A DNA stretch of 64,000 nt from Torpedo marmorata. Its lineage: Eukaryota. A program made the translations under genes and the position numbers. Within the stretch, counting starts at the first letter, position 1; each line of letters starts with the position of its first letter. The stretch is from NCBI GenBank assembly GCA_977017645.1, contig OZ360223.1, positions 68,386,001-68,450,000 of the forward strand, read 5' to 3'. Positions 38,820 to 52,810 of this stretch are shown here, one piece after another. The notes under the pieces were generated by a model that saw only the letters and a list, made by a program, of their open reading frames with translations, was not told the origin of the DNA and ran no database searches.

Positions 38820-41070
38820 CGGAGAAGCAAGAGACAGCAGATGCTGGAAACTAGAGCAAAAAAAATGTGCTGCTGGGGGAGCTCAGTGACTCAGGCAGTA
38901 TTGGTTGAGGCAAAGGGATGGTCGACGTTTTAGGTCGAGACCTTGCATTCAGGACTGAAAGAGTAAAGAGGAGGTAGCCTATACAAAGAGGAGGGAAGGG
39001 ATGAAGCAGGAGCTGGGAAGTGAAAGGTGGATCCAAGTGAGAAAGGATTGATGGGCAGATGGAGTCAGGTGGGGTAGAGAAGGTGGAGAGAGCGAAAGAG
39101 GTTGGGAGGTGATGTCAAAGGGCTGTGCACATGGAATCAGATTAGAAAGGAAGATAATGAGTTGAAGCCGATAAGGGAGGGATGGTGTTCAGATGGGAAC
39201 GTATGGGGAGGGGGATAGAAGAACCAGCGGCCATAGTTTGAGAGTGTGGGTGATAGGCAGATGAAACCAGGTGAGGGAGGGGACAGAAACTGGATAACTG
39301 GGGTCTTGGGGAGGTTTGGAAAGAAAGAACTTGGGTGAATCCTTAGCCACAGGTGAGGTGCCAGAGGATTGGAGGGTTGCTCATGTTGTTCCATTGTTTA
39401 AAAAAGGCTTCAAAAGTAACCCACAAAATTATCGGCCGGTGAGCCTGACATCAGTAGTAGGTAAATTATTGGAAGGTGTCCTAAGAGATCAGATATACAA
39501 GTATTTGTATAGCCAGGGTCTGATCACGGACAGGCAACATGGCTTTGTGCGTGGAATGTCGTGTTTAACAAATCTGATAGGATTTTTTGAGGAGCTTATC
39601 AGGAAAGTTGATGAAGGAAAGGCTTTGGATATTGTCTACATGAACATTAGTAAGGCCTTTGACAAGGTCACACATGGAAGGTTAGTCAGGAAGGTTCAAG
39701 CACTTGGTATTCATGGTGAGGTAGTAAACTGGATTTGACATTGGCTGTACGGGAGAAGCCAGAGAGTAGTAGTGGATGATTGTTTCTCAGACTGGAGGCC
39801 TGTGACTAGTGGTGTGCCTCGGGGATCAGTACTGGGAGCATTGTTGTTTGTCATCTATATCAATGATCTGGACGATAATGTGGTAAATTGGATCAGCAAA
39901 TTTGCAGATGACGTAAAGATTGGAGGCGTTGTGGACAGCAAGGAAGGCTTTCAAAACTTGCAGAGGGATCTGGACCAGCTGGAAAAATGGGCTGAAAAAT
40001 GACAGATGGAATTTAATGCAGACAAGGTTGAGGTGTTGCATTTTGGAAGGACAAACCAAGAAAGGGCATACACAGTAAATAGTAGGGAACTGAGGAGTGC
40101 GGTAGAACAGAAGGATCTGGGAATACAGATAAATAATTCCCTGAAAGTGGCGTCACAGGTAGATAGGGTTGTAAAGAGAGCTTTTGGCATATTGGCCTTC
40201 ATAAATCAAAGTATTGAGTACAGGAGTTGGGATGTTATGGTAAAGTTGTATAAGACATTGGTGAGGCGAAATTTGGAGTACTGTGTGCAGTATTGGTCAT
40301 CTAACTACAGGAAAGATATCAATAAGATGGAAAGAGTGCAGAGAAGATTTACTAGGATGTTGCTGGGACTTCAGGAACTGAGTTACAGAGAAAGGTTAAA
40401 CAGGTTAGGACTTTATTCCCTAGAGCGTAGATGAATCAAGGGAGAGTTGATTGAGGTATACAAAATTATGAGGGGTATAGATAAAGTAAATTCAAGTAAG
40501 CTTTTTTCCACTGAGGTTACGTGAGATACAAACTAGAGGACATGGGTTAAGGGTTAAAGGGGAAAAGTTTAGGGGGAACTTCTTCACACAGAGAGTCGTG
40601 GATCGAGCTGCCAGCTGAAGTGGTGAATGCGGGCTCAATTTTCACAGTTAAGAAAAGTTTGGACAGGTACATGGCTGGGAAGGCTATGGTGGGCTATGGA
40701 CTGGGTGCAGGTCAGTGGGAATAGGCAGAATAATAGTTCGGCACAGACTAGTTTTAGTCTTATTGATGTCGAGGTGGCCACACTGAGAGCACTGAATACA
40801 ACAGACGAGGTTGGAGGAGGCACGCGTGAATCTCTGCCACACCAGGAGGGTTGTCTAGGTACTGGATGCTGGTGAGGGAGGAGGTATAGGGACAGGTGTT
40901 GCGCCTTCTACATATGCAGGGGAAAATGCCTGGGGTCAGGGAGGGTTGAACAAATCAATGAGTCAGAGAGAGAGAGCAGAACTGGCTGAAATGACAAAGA
41001 ATGATGCGCTGGATGCAGAGGCCGTCGGGTGAAAGGCAGGGACCACAGGAACTCCACTTCTGTTCTCTCT
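38820..41070 (-). mobile_element. Penelope-like fragment split by a CR1 insertion (38820-39314 terminal part; 40752-41070 GIY-YIG part)
   Basis: Minus strand reads CTGAATGCAAGGTCTCGACCTAAAACGTCGAC (hammerhead remnant). Near 40760-40830 it encodes ASSNLVCCIQCSQCGHL. Confidence 0.75.
39315..40750 (+). mobile_element. 5'-truncated CR1 LINE, same family as 2404-4970
   Basis: ORFs 39316..39738, 39772..40002 and 40006..40434 carry RT motifs (KFADDVK) separated by in-frame stops. High similarity to 3245-4920. Confidence 0.92.
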
Positions 41071-42057
41071 GTAAAATCTGTCTCTGAAAATAAAAGATGA
41101 ATGGATGGATATCTTCTGGAAAGCTCATCTTCATTAAATATCTAATATATAGCCACAGGAAGCAGTCAAAATTATGACTTTTAAAGAGGATAATAATCGT
41201 TTAAGGTTACAAGAACATAAAACAAACACATGGCTTTAATAATTTGAACGGTATAAGCCTATTTTTCCCCCCAAGTTCTTTCATGGAATTTGGAGGTCAC
41301 CAGCAATACTGGCATTTATTGTCCATCTCTAACTGCCCATGATTTGAGGAGGTAATTACCGGTAAGTCAATAACCTTGGTAAACCAAAAGTCACATGTTA
41401 AGCCAGACCAAGTAAAAATGGCAAATTATCTTCAACTAAGGTCATGAGTGAATCAGAAAGATTTTTATTACAATCCAGCAGTATCATGGTTCTGATATAT
41501 TACAGATATCAGATTATTTTAACTACTTCAAATATACAGATGAAGTCACAAAAATGGTTACACAGGAAAGGCAGGGAGAATCCAAAACTGTCTTTATATG
41601 GTGTTAGGAGAATTAAAAACAACCCTGTCACAAGACAGAATTTGCTCCAGTCACTGATGGGTGTCTAATAGCCCAATGAATTTAGTAATGATAAAACAAA
41701 TAGGAGAACATTTAGAATAATAAAGCACTGCAACTGGTCTTATTAGGTGTTTGTCAGGTTATGAAATCCTGCCAAAACCTTCGGTTAGTGAGACTCTTTT
41801 CCATTTAGCACCTGATTGAGAACTATAGCTCAGGGGTTCCAGAAGATGAATTCACAAATTGAGTGCAGCACCCAGTTCTGGGATCATGGAGGTGTGAATT
41901 GTGCATCATGGGTACAACCACTGGAACTGCTCAGGTAATGTGTCAAACTGTGCAAAACAGCTTGCAAAGGAAACCATTAACCAAAAGGTTAAGAAGAAAT
42001 GCAAGATTAATTCAGAGGACTGACAAGACAGTTGGAGAAACTGTAGGAGTCTGGGCC

Positions 42058-42722
42058 CAGGATGGTGACACCTGTGTTCGGCAGCAGCCACAAGGGGTTG
42101 CAGACTCCAGGGGAGCAGTGGGCTGGTGCACGTCATCAGTAATGGGAAGAACACTCCCCCACCACCCCCCCCCGGTTGAGAAGGAGAAGCAGAGAAGACG
42201 ACCCTGAGGACTGTGACCATGGTGGCAGACCAGCACAAGGCTCTTGGGCTGAAGGACACGTGGTGAGCTATTGGCGACCTGCGGGCAAGGAAGCCACATC
42301 GGTTGCGGGCTGCTGGCGACTTGAGGTCAAAGGACTCACACCGGGCTGCTGGCAACTGGATCATAAAAACTAGGTATCGGAACCGGGATTTGAGAGGGTC
42401 CTGAGGGCAAGAAGGGCTCCCGAAGGGCCCTGGGTACTGAAAGCTTCCTCATTGTGTCGGTGGGTTGGATCTGGGCTCAGGTTGCCGATGGTTTGAACTG
42501 AACTGGAGTCTTCTGCGGCTGGAAGTGAATCCATGGTCTGTTTCATTCTGGTTGTAGAGGAATTTTTCTTTATGGAGCTGGACTTCTCTTTCTCTGACTG
42601 TAAGGGGCGTCGGGCAATGATAATGGCAAATCTTTGTCTGCGTTATGGTAGACTAAAGGCAATTTCGTATAATATTACATTGCTGTTTTATTACATGACA
42701 ATAAATAATATCTGTATCTGAA
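42058..42722 (+). mobile_element. Non-coding GC-rich retroposon (non-autonomous LINE derivative or SINE) with Rex-like tail
   Basis: GC-rich body without RT motifs, ending AATTTCGT...ATGACAATAAATAATATCTGTATCTG. The 5' boundary is uncertain. Confidence 0.55.
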
Positions 42723-43139
42723 ACAATGAATGATCAAATCAGTCGACAGGCAGATGAAGGCATTTGCTACTGATAAGTTACAAAGAAATTATCAAATCAG
42801 TGCTGAAACTGAACTGATAAGTGATGTCCACACTGAAACTGGTCAAGCAACTGCTCATCAAACAACAACTCTCCAAGGAAGATATGAGGGACAGAAAGCC
42901 CACACTTGTGCAACATCTCCCTCAAGATCCAGTTCTGTCAAGAAAGATTCCTCTACAACCACAATGAAAGAGACCATCAAGAATGGGGAGGAAGCCCCTT
43001 GTCAGAGATGAGGAAATCGGACATGGATAGTTCAACATCATGTATCTAATCAGTCACCTTGTATGGGTAAATCCTAACTTACTTGTTTTGGTGTTTTTTT
43101 TTCAGTGGCCTCTTGAGGGTTATTAGTGACACGACTTGT

Positions 43140-44473
43140 CAGTGCCGGATAAACGCAACTGGAGGCCCTGGGCTAGGAGACCTTGGGAGGCCAAAACTTA
43201 ATAAAGGTAAAGGTAAAAAGGTAAAGGTTCCATTATTGTCACGTAATACTACATTCAGAATGTAACATACATGAAATTCTTTAATTTTTGTCTACTGTAA
43301 GGCAGACAGAGGGTCACTACTTTGTCCAGCGCCCCTCACAGAAACCTACAGCACCTGGTGTTCCTTGGTGGTCTCCCCTCCGAGTACTGACCAGTCCTGT
43401 GCCTGCTTAGCTTCTGAGATCAGACAATCCCAGTTGTATTCAGGCTATTGGTGAGCATCTGATCATGAGAAACAAAACCTCGTTCTCTTATTTATCTACT
43501 CAATGAAAGTAGAACACTGCTGAAATTTTAGCATTGATAAAAAGATTGTTTATAAATTTATAACCTTTAATAAGTTTACAAAAGTATGGAATTAATGAAG
43601 ACGTTCACACAGAACATTCAAAGCTATGTTTCAACATTACACTATATACAAAGTCAGAACAGTATCTTTCAAGCTTTTTTGGATGCAAACTTATTAATTA
43701 TGTCATTAAAATCAGTAAGTCGCAGTTTATCTATGCAGAGAATGCTCAGATCAGACAACCGATCTTGGGAGATTGTTGACCCTAGATCATTCTTTATCCT
43801 TTTTAGTCTAGAAAATGATCTTTCACCAGTACAGTTAGTGACCATTAAACACAGGAACAATCTGAACATTGTTTCCACATTTGGAGAATCTGTCCGAATT
43901 TTCTCCTGGAATATTATTTGATACGTATCTTGGTGGCTGAAATTTTCTTTTTCAGGGTGAGCTTGTTTGACGTACAGGTGGAAGTGCAAGAGTTCACCGA
44001 CTAGACTAAGGTCAACATCCTTTGGATACTCTTGCATCAACATCTCGATGCCATTGTGAATCTGTTCCTTGGTTGCTTGCAGGTTCACCAAAAGAAAAAT
44101 TGCCAGCTACACACTCCTATACACTGTTGCTCTTCTGTCTAGGTTGGCTTCAAGAGCATCCATGTCAGAATTCAGAATTCCCGCAAGTTGAGAATCGGCC
44201 ATGCGGGAAAATCCTGCGTGAAAACTTGTGTAACTGTTATACATACGTGTTTAATGTTACTAAGCAACTAGGCCTAGATAGTAAAATCAAAGGCGAGTGC
44301 GAGTGGATTTGTGCTTACACATTATTTTGGCCTAGGTACGCCCCTGATTTTTATCGTTACAAATGAAATAAAATTAATGGTAAATTTTTAATTTTTGGCA
44401 GGAGGCCGAGGCCCCCCTAGATTATGAGGCCCTGGGCTGCAGCCCACTCAGCCCATGTGTAAATCCGGCACTG
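43140..44473 (-). mobile_element. Internally deleted hAT (Tip100/ZMYM-type) transposon
   Basis: TIRs CAGTGCCGGAT / ATCCGGCACTG. 8-bp TSD CGACTTGT / CCAATTGT (6/8). ORF 43669..44091 encodes the hAT C-terminal dimerisation motif TNCTGERSFSRLKRIKNDL. Confidence 0.9.
43203..43453 (-). mobile_element. 5S rRNA-derived SINE (SINE3), copy 1, nested in hAT
   Basis: Minus-strand head AGCCTGAATAC...GTCTGATCTCAGAAGCTAAGCAGG...AGTACTCGGAGGGGAGACC...GGTGCTGTAGG is 5S-like. It is followed by a ~130-nt tail ending GACAATAATGGAACCTTT(ACCTTT)n. Confidence 0.88.
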
Positions 44474-46621
44474 CCAATTGTGTATTGAGAGATGAATAAT
44501 GAAAGCTTGAATACAAAATGTGCATTCTGCCTCAAACTCTACCTGTCCAGAATGTTGAGGACACAGGCAACAGAATCCCAATATCACATTTAGCTTCTGG
44601 AATACATCCATTTATTGTGAAATCTGCATCCATCTCTTATTCACATAACCTTATTAACTTTATTCATAACAGCACTGTGGCTCTTAGTGGGTAGTTAATT
44701 GAGGATCTTTAAAATGTTTATTTTCTTCAGTTCCCCAAAATTGAAACAGAAACAATTAAAGTTTTTGGAGTAATAAGTAACATATTTACATTCATTATTA
44801 ATAGTATCCAGTACAAAAAGTGTACCTGTACTTGTATTACATTAATTATTAGTTTTAATGCCATCCATATTCAGAGTAAATATTAATGCAGCCAAAAGTG
44901 GCTCGTCTCATTTACAATAAATTTGGAAATAAAATATAACTAGTGATAAACTACTGTATGGTCTTTGAATTCTTAATCAGATAAAATATTAATGCTTGCC
45001 ATGGACCCTATGGATTCAATTTTACAAAAAAAATCATCCAAAAATTCTGTGCCAACTCAATCACCTTTCTGAACTGATAAAGTTAAAACATAACACAAAA
45101 CATGGAAAAAAAGCATGAGGCACAAAATGTTACACCAGGTCAGTCTCCAATGTGTGTGAAGGAGCAGTTACACCACAATATAACCAGATTTGTATTTTCT
45201 GATTGCAACTTGATCACATCTAGATTATAAATATTTCATTTGAAGTTATATCTTTTTATTTGCATATCTATGGTTATTAACAAATATATTGAAACCACAA
45301 TGGAAAGACAACTAAAATGAATAGTGGTACTGGAATTCACAACCTAACAGAAAAAAATAGCGACAGGAAGTGAAAGCTGAATTTTTTTTTAAACCACAGA
45401 CCATATGATTTGAGACACATGGAATCTGCATAAACTATCAAGGACTAATTGCGTGTCAGATCTGACGTGATATGTGGAAAGCAGCAAGACTGTCTTCATT
45501 TTTTTGTTATAAAGGGATATAACAGGTGTCCCAAATCCTTTACCAAAGAATCCTACTACCCAAATAATGATTAATAACATCCAAGTATCATATCCTGCAC
45601 TCTGCCACTACTATCAAGAAAATGTTTGGCTGCATTACTTTATGTTGAGGGGAATAATATCTCAAGAAATATTAATGCCTTAATTGCTCTGTCATATCAA
45701 AATAACCCAGCCAAATAGGGGTTTTATTAAAAAAATTAACCTAATAGCCACCACAGTAGTATTTACTTCCAAGGTAGAAGCATGAGGAGAAATACTTCTA
45801 TGACTTCCAGCAGTAAATACGTTCTTGATTATTGGCTGCCAATCGACTCAATTCTATGACTTCATCGGATTGGAGATGAGTAAAATGGACAGTAAATCCA
45901 CATGTCCAGCATTAGCATCCAAAGACAAATTTTGCCTCTTCAGTTTTTATGAAGCTGTCAGCCAACCATTCAACAATAATGCCATTCTACATTTGTAAAC
46001 AAACAAGTGCATAAAACTGCTTCAGGGTGACATTATCTTTTTATATTTCATCCTTTTCTGAGCAACTTAGTTTGCCCTTGGTATCCAGTACTTCATTCCA
46101 CAGCCCAGCTGAGTGGTGCCCTTTCGTTTTTAAACAATTAAATTCATGGCCTCTGTAGATGCCTCTTGTCCACTGATGGATGCAATTCTCAATATGGGAA
46201 CAGGAAAGACTATTTACAAAAGTAAGACAACTCCTAAATACCTATTCCCTTTGGCACACAAGGCACAAACACTGTTTATTTTTGGATATTTTACTGTATT
46301 TTGGGTAACTATCTTCTAAAATATAAATATATTTAAGCAAATGTAATTTTAACATAATAATACAGCTCATTTTACTGCAAATGCAATTTGTGTACCTAAC
46401 TAGATTCAACAAAGAAAATGAAAACATAACTTGCATCTACTTTCTTGACAATTCCAACAATGATTTGCCAGTTATGATCTTTCTCCGGCTGTGAGGTTTC
46501 AATGTCTTTCAATTACATGACATGAAATCAAGAAAGAAAAACAATTGAGCAATTATTTTTAATGAAGAAGCAAAAAGATGTTGACCATCAAAAGTGTTGT
46601 TATTCTGGAATCGATATTGTT

Positions 46622-46855
46622 AAAGGTCAAAGGTTCCATTATTGTCACGTAATACTACATTTAGAATGTAACATACATGAAATTCTTTCATTTTTGTCTA
46701 CCCGTAAGGCAGACAGAGAGTCGCTACTTTAGCCCCCTCACAGAAACCTACAGCACCTGGTGTTCCTAGGCGGTCTCCCCTCCAAGTACTGACCAGTCCT
46801 GTGCCTGCTTAGCTTCCGAGATCAGACAATCCCAATCGTATTCAGGCTATTGGTG
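46622..46855 (-). mobile_element. 5S rRNA-derived SINE (SINE3), copy 2
   Basis: Collinear with 43203-43453. Head GATCTCGGAAGCTAAGCAGG...AGTACTTGGAGGGGAGACCGCCTAGGAACACCAGGTGCTGTAGG. A ~21-bp tandem duplication lies at its 5' junction (46840-46881). Confidence 0.88.
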
Positions 46856-48209
46856 CTGTTATTCAGGCTATTGTTGCTGTTAACAAGTATATCATGGATG
46901 CAAATTTCTTTTTGAATCTGGCATGTTTTTAATCATGAAAACAAAAATATAGAAATGGCAGGGTTCTATTATTGGGAACATTAAGACAGTTAATAATTTC
47001 TTATAAAATGGGCACCAGGAGATTATTTTCAGGTTTTTACTTGGATAATCTGGATTGAATCATATAGTGAAAATATTTACCAGGAGGATAAGCTGAAAAG
47101 CCATCATATTGATATGGATTTATTATAAAAGGGGAAATACAGCTTACATTCTTGACATTTGCAGATCCTGTATAATGAAACCAATGATATTTAGCTTGAA
47201 AGTTTGTTTTTTAAAGAGAAAATATAAAATTTATTTCCTAGATATATGTTCCAAATCATCTGACTACACAATGCTTATTTGTTTTTACCTGTTACTGAAA
47301 CGCGAGTTCTTCATATAATCCTAATGTATTTTGTTACGATGATTAGTTACACATATGTGCAGATCAATCAATTTTTTTGCAGAATACAGCTTTCCATAAA
47401 AGACAAAACATAGATCATGAAAAAATGACACCATTCAAAGATGAATGTGTGCCAAATGTTTTACTAAGGCAATAGAAAGTGCCCTTTCAGCAGGTTTTCA
47501 CAAATGAAGAAAACATTGTTTAAATCTCTCAGCAAATTACATTAAAATAATATAAGATCCATGAAATCTTTAATGATTCACAAGGCAACTTTCAGTATAT
47601 TGGAAAGATTTTAATGTAATCAGCTTTGGTATTAACTATCATTTTAACACTGTTACTACAATTATGGTATAGAAAATTGGATCTAACTGAAGTTGAGATG
47701 CAAACCCATTGCAACGTACACTGTACATGCTAATAAATTTACAGGTAGAACCACAGAAAAACTGGCCCATTAGCCTCATTGGGAAAGTACCAGATTGCTG
47801 CAGGTGTCAGGTATGGGCCTCGTGCTGGCTCAACGAAGACTGGAACAGCTAGGTCAGCAGCTCAGATATCGGTTAAGAACCTCAAGAGTTTTGAGCTAGG
47901 GTTGGAAAGGTGAAACCAATGGCCAAAAGCTTGTTGTTTTTACATGGTCCACTTGCTTTTGTTTTCTGTCTCTACATTGGAAAATACAAAACAGTATTTC
48001 TTTGGCTGGTGGCCTCAGAGTTTGCTTTCAGGGCTTTTGGTTTGGGTGGAGGACAGCTAAAGAACTGGTTATGCTGTACCAGCAGTCAGTTACAGACTAT
48101 TTTCACAAAGGATCTAAAACAAGTATAGTGTCCATTGCACAAGCAAGGTGTAAGCACAAGGGCAACTTCAATCATGCATTCTGCATCTGAGGAACAACGC
48201 GATGTGATA

Positions 48210-50400
48210 CTGGTCAATATTACAGTTGAACAAAGGGGACTATGGAGCCATGAGGGAGGAGCTGGCCAAAGTTGACTGGAAAGATACCCTAGCAGGGATG
48301 AAAGTGGAACAACAATGGCAGGTATTTCTGGGAATAATACAGAAGGTGCAGGATCAGTTCATTCCAAAGAGGAAGAAAGATTCCAAGGGGAGTAAGGGGT
48401 GACCGTGGCTGCCAAGGGAAGTCAAGAACAGTATAAAAATAAAAGAGAAGAAGTATAACACAGCAAAGATGAGCAGGAAGCCAGAGGATTGGGAAACCTT
48501 TAAAGAGCAACAGAAGATAACTAAAAAGGCAATACGGGGAGAAAAGATGAGGTACGAAGGTAGGCTAGCCAAGAATATAAAGGAGGTTAGTAAAAGCTTC
48601 TTTAGGTATGTGAAGAGGAAAAAAAATAGTTAAGATCAAAGTTGGGCCCTTGAAGACAGAAACGGGTGAAATTATTATGGGGAACAAGGAAATGGCAGAA
48701 GAGTTGAACAGGTACTTTGGATCTGTCTTCACTAGGGAAGACACAATCAACCTCCCAGATGTAATAGTGGACAGAGGACCTAGGGTAACAGAGGAACTGA
48801 AGGAAATTCACATTAGGCAGAAAATGGTGTTGGGTAGACTGATGGGACTGAAGGCTGATAAATCCCCAGGGCCTGATGGTCTGCATCCCAGGGTACTTAA
48901 GGAGGTGGCTCTAGAAATAGTGGACACATTGGTAAGTTCTATAGATTCAGGATCAGTTCCTGCGGATTGGAGGGTAGCTAATGTTATCCCACTTTTTAAG
49001 AAAGGAGGGAGAGAGAAAACAGGGAATTATAGACCAGTTAGCCTGACATCAGTGGTGGGGAAGATGCTGGAGTCAATTATAAAAGATGAAATAGCGGCAC
49101 ATTTGGATAGCAGTAACAGGATTGGTCTGAGTCAGCATGGATTTACGAAGGGGAAATCATGCTTGACTAATCTTCTGGAATTTTTTGAGGATGTTACTAT
49201 GAAAATGGACAAGGGAGAGCCAGTTGATGTAGTGTACCTGGACTTTCAGAAAGCCTTTGATAAGGTCCCACATAGAAGATTAGTGGGCAAAATTAGAGCA
49301 CATAGTATTGGGGGTAGAGTACTGACATGGATATAAAATTGGTTGGCAGACAGGAAACAAAGAGTAGGGATAAACGGGTCCCTTTCAGAGTGGCAGGCAG
49401 AGACTAGTGGGGTACCGCAAGGATCGGTGCTGGGACCGCAGCTGTTTACAATATACATTAATGATTTAGATGAAGGGATTACAAGTAACATTAGCAAATT
49501 TGCAGATGACACGAAGCTGGGTGGCAGTGTGAAATGTGAGGAGGATGTTATGAGAATGCAGGGTGACTTGGAGAGGTTGGGTGAGGGGGCAGATGCATGG
49601 CAGATGCGCTTTAAGATGTGAGGTTATCCACTTTGGTGGCAAGAACAGGGAGGCGGATTACTTTCTGAATGGTGTCAAGTTAGGAAAAGGGGAAGTACAA
49701 CGAGATCTAGGTGTCCTTGTTCATCAGTCACTGAAAGTAAGCATGCAGGTACAGCAGGCAGTAAAGAAAGCTAATGGCATGTTGGCCTTCATAACAAGGG
49801 GAGTTGAGTATAAGAGCAAAGAGGTCCTTCTGCAGTTGTACAGGGCCCTGTTGAGACCACACCTGGAGTATTGTGTGCAGTTTTGGTCTTCAGGTTTGAG
49901 GAAGGACATTCTTGCTATTGAGGGAGTGCAGCGTAGGTTCACGAGGTTAATTCCCGGGATGGCGGGACTGTCATATGTTGAAAAATTGGAGTGATTGGGC
50001 TTGTATACACTGGAATTTAGAAGGATGAGAGGGGATCTGATTGAACATATGAGATTATTAAGGAATTGGAGGCAGGAAACATGTTCCCGATGTTGGGGGA
50101 GTCGAGAACCAGAGGCCACAGTTTAAGAATAAGGGGTAGGCCATTTAGAACGAAGTTGAGGAAAAACTTTTTCACCCAGAGAGTTGTGGATCTGTGGAAT
50201 GCTCTGCCTCAGAAGGCAGTGGAGGCCAATTCTCTGGATGCTTTCAAGAAAGAGTTAGATAGAGCTCTTAAAGATAGCGGAGTCCAGGGATATGGGGAGA
50301 AGGCAGGAACGGGGTACTGATAGTGGATGATCAGCCATGATCACAGTGAATGGCGGTGCTGGCTCGAAGGGCCGAATGGACCCATTGTCTATTGTCTATT
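48210..50400 (+). mobile_element. CR1 LINE ORF2 remnant (second CR1 subfamily), ~2.2 kb
   Basis: KSPGPDGLHPRVLKE, YLDFQKAFDKVPH, GVPQGSVLGP, KFADDTK, RPHLEYCVQFW, with frameshifts and stops. Tail (ATTGTCT)n. Confidence 0.93.
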
Positions 50401-52642
50401 GGTTGCGAGTGTACATCCAGAGGGGGATGAGTATGCATGTAATGCATACAATATTGAATCCTTAAACACTCATGGACAATTACTAAGTTGGCAATAATGC
50501 CTGAAGAAATATATTCAAAAACTGGGTTTGAATGTTCTATAATTTCACTAATTAATTTCCCCAAGAATGATTTCAATGGTCTTTGCAGGTAGGTGATCTC
50601 TTCATAAATGCCAAAGTGCACTTCACCCTTTGCTGGAATCACCATAAAGACATGACCTCATTATATACAAACATAATATGACTGACCAACGATATTAAAC
50701 ACTATATTAAAACCATTTCATCGAAAATACAATGAAAAGTAGTTTTAAGTATGGATAATATATTACTTTTAAAGTAAGAATTAGACCAAATCTAGGATAT
50801 TTATTGGAAATAAACATGTACAGACATCTTTTTCAACAAAGGTAACACACAACAGATTTATTCAGCCATAGCACAAGATGCCATATTAAGAACACTGCAT
50901 GAGTCCTAAAACGACAGTGTAACAATCATTTAAGAATATTAACCCAAGTACGAAAATCTAATTAATCTGCACCGACTTTAATTCTACAGATCACTGTTAT
51001 TCTACAGGAGTCAAAGTTCAGGCAGTTCTGAAATATTTTAACAGCGTAACAGTAAAATCTGTACACTGCTATGTGATGAAGGAAAGTTTACCCCAGCTGT
51101 TCAATCAGTCTCTTAAATTTTTAATTTTCATTCAATCATCATTAAATAGAGAACAGTTAATGGGCCATGTACACAGCAGCCCATATATGTGCCTTGCCTT
51201 GCTCAACATGCCTGCAGAAGGTTTAATTGAAAATAGCCTCTATTATAATAAAGAAAATGTATTATGTATACTCCGACAACAGGATAAATGATATAATTAA
51301 TAGAATATTCTGATAGTATTGATTTGCAAGTTATGCAACATAATCAATGGTTGGAAGCATATATAAATTAATTGGTTATAGCAACCTATCAAGATGCTGC
51401 TTAACAAAAAAATGCATTTGAAGTTACTTTAAAGTACTACATCATAAATGAAATGGTCTGCCAGGCATCATGTTGAGATACCACTCATAGTCTGAAGAAA
51501 TACAAAAAAACAAAATGTTTTCTGATAATAGAAATGCATCCGAAAGATTCCTGGAGAATATCCTGGGAAATTTTCACAGAACAAGGTACAGGAATACTGA
51601 CAATCAAATCGGTGCTACCAAGACATGCAATTTAAAGTTACAAATCTTGAAATGAATTCATGCGTACATCTGAATAAATATATTCCACACATAATAATTT
51701 CATCTTTTCAGCCTATTGTCCTTACACAGTCTGAAATCAGCTAGTTTCTACTAAACAGTTTAAAACTTTTATTTAGTTTAAATACACAAGATGTGTATTA
51801 TACAGCCTGAACCAGACAAATCCATTGGGCAGAATTTAACTACAGTGTATACATCAGAACTAAGCAAAAGGGTGCAAATTAGATTCTAATGAGAAAACAT
51901 CAGTCGCTCCTCTGATGATTTCACCATTCACTGATTCACTCCTAATGAAGACACACTCTATCCAGAATGCTCTTGAACTGTCAGAGGTCAAAATGAATTC
52001 AAAAAGCCAAAAGCAAATCAAGAAAAATCGGAAGCACTGATAGAAACCTTTTTTCAGAGTGGTGTGGCAATTAAAGTAATTGCACAAAGAGACAACTTCT
52101 ATCAATGGCAACAGAAATTAAGCTGCCAATGTTGTAACAGGTTAGATGAAAATCAGATTTTAATGTATGCTTCCTCATGTCATCTTGTTTTGTCAGGACA
52201 TCAAATAAAATTGAAAAGTACAAAATAACAAGCCCCAGAGAAAACCAGAGAGGATGACCTTTCTGGTATTGTTGGTTTACCATGTTCAGAAATATTTTAA
52301 TAATAATGAAGTTGACTTCAGTAGCAAGGGTAAGTCATGCAAACAAATCATGCTTCATCCCTTTAAATATATATTTCCCTTAAGTACAAGCATGCGTATA
52401 ACTACTTGAGAAATTCCATGAATGCTGATGCACAGCCATTAAAATCATAAACCGGAAATTACTGACTCAAGTATCTTCATCTTCATCTACAAATTCACAA
52501 TTTTAACACATCCACTCAGGAATCATGATGATTGCAATAATATACTGCTTTGTTAATAATAAAAACAATTAAAATGCCATGCTAATTTAAAACTTAGATT
52601 TTCTTCTGCTCTGTTTGAAATGGCCAAAATTAAATGTTAAAA

Positions 52643-52810
52643 TGTACGTTCTCCCCGTGTCTGCGTGGGTTTTCCCCGGGGGCTCCAGTGTCCTCCCACC
52701 GTTCGAAACGTACGGGGGTGTAGGTTAATTGGGTGTAAATTGGGCGGCACGGACTTGTGGGCTGAAATGGCCTGTTACCGTGCTGTATGTCTAAATTTTT
52801 TTTTATTTAA
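52643..52810 (+). mobile_element. 5'-truncated HE1-like V-SINE
   Basis: TTCTCCCCGTGTCTGCGTGGGTTT...GGCCTGTTACCGTGCTGTATGTCTAAA is the reverse complement of 2665-2820. Confidence 0.85.

Noticed and set aside
43340-43453. Functional 5S rRNA gene (also 46745-46855)
   Set aside because: The 5' end is altered, there are many substitutions, no T4+ terminator follows, the head is fused to a retroposon tail, and the copies are dispersed rather than tandem.
48650-49994. Active reverse transcriptase gene or novel RT system
   Set aside because: It is an ordinary CR1 ORF2 with stops and frameshifts and lacks ORF1 and most of the endonuclease.
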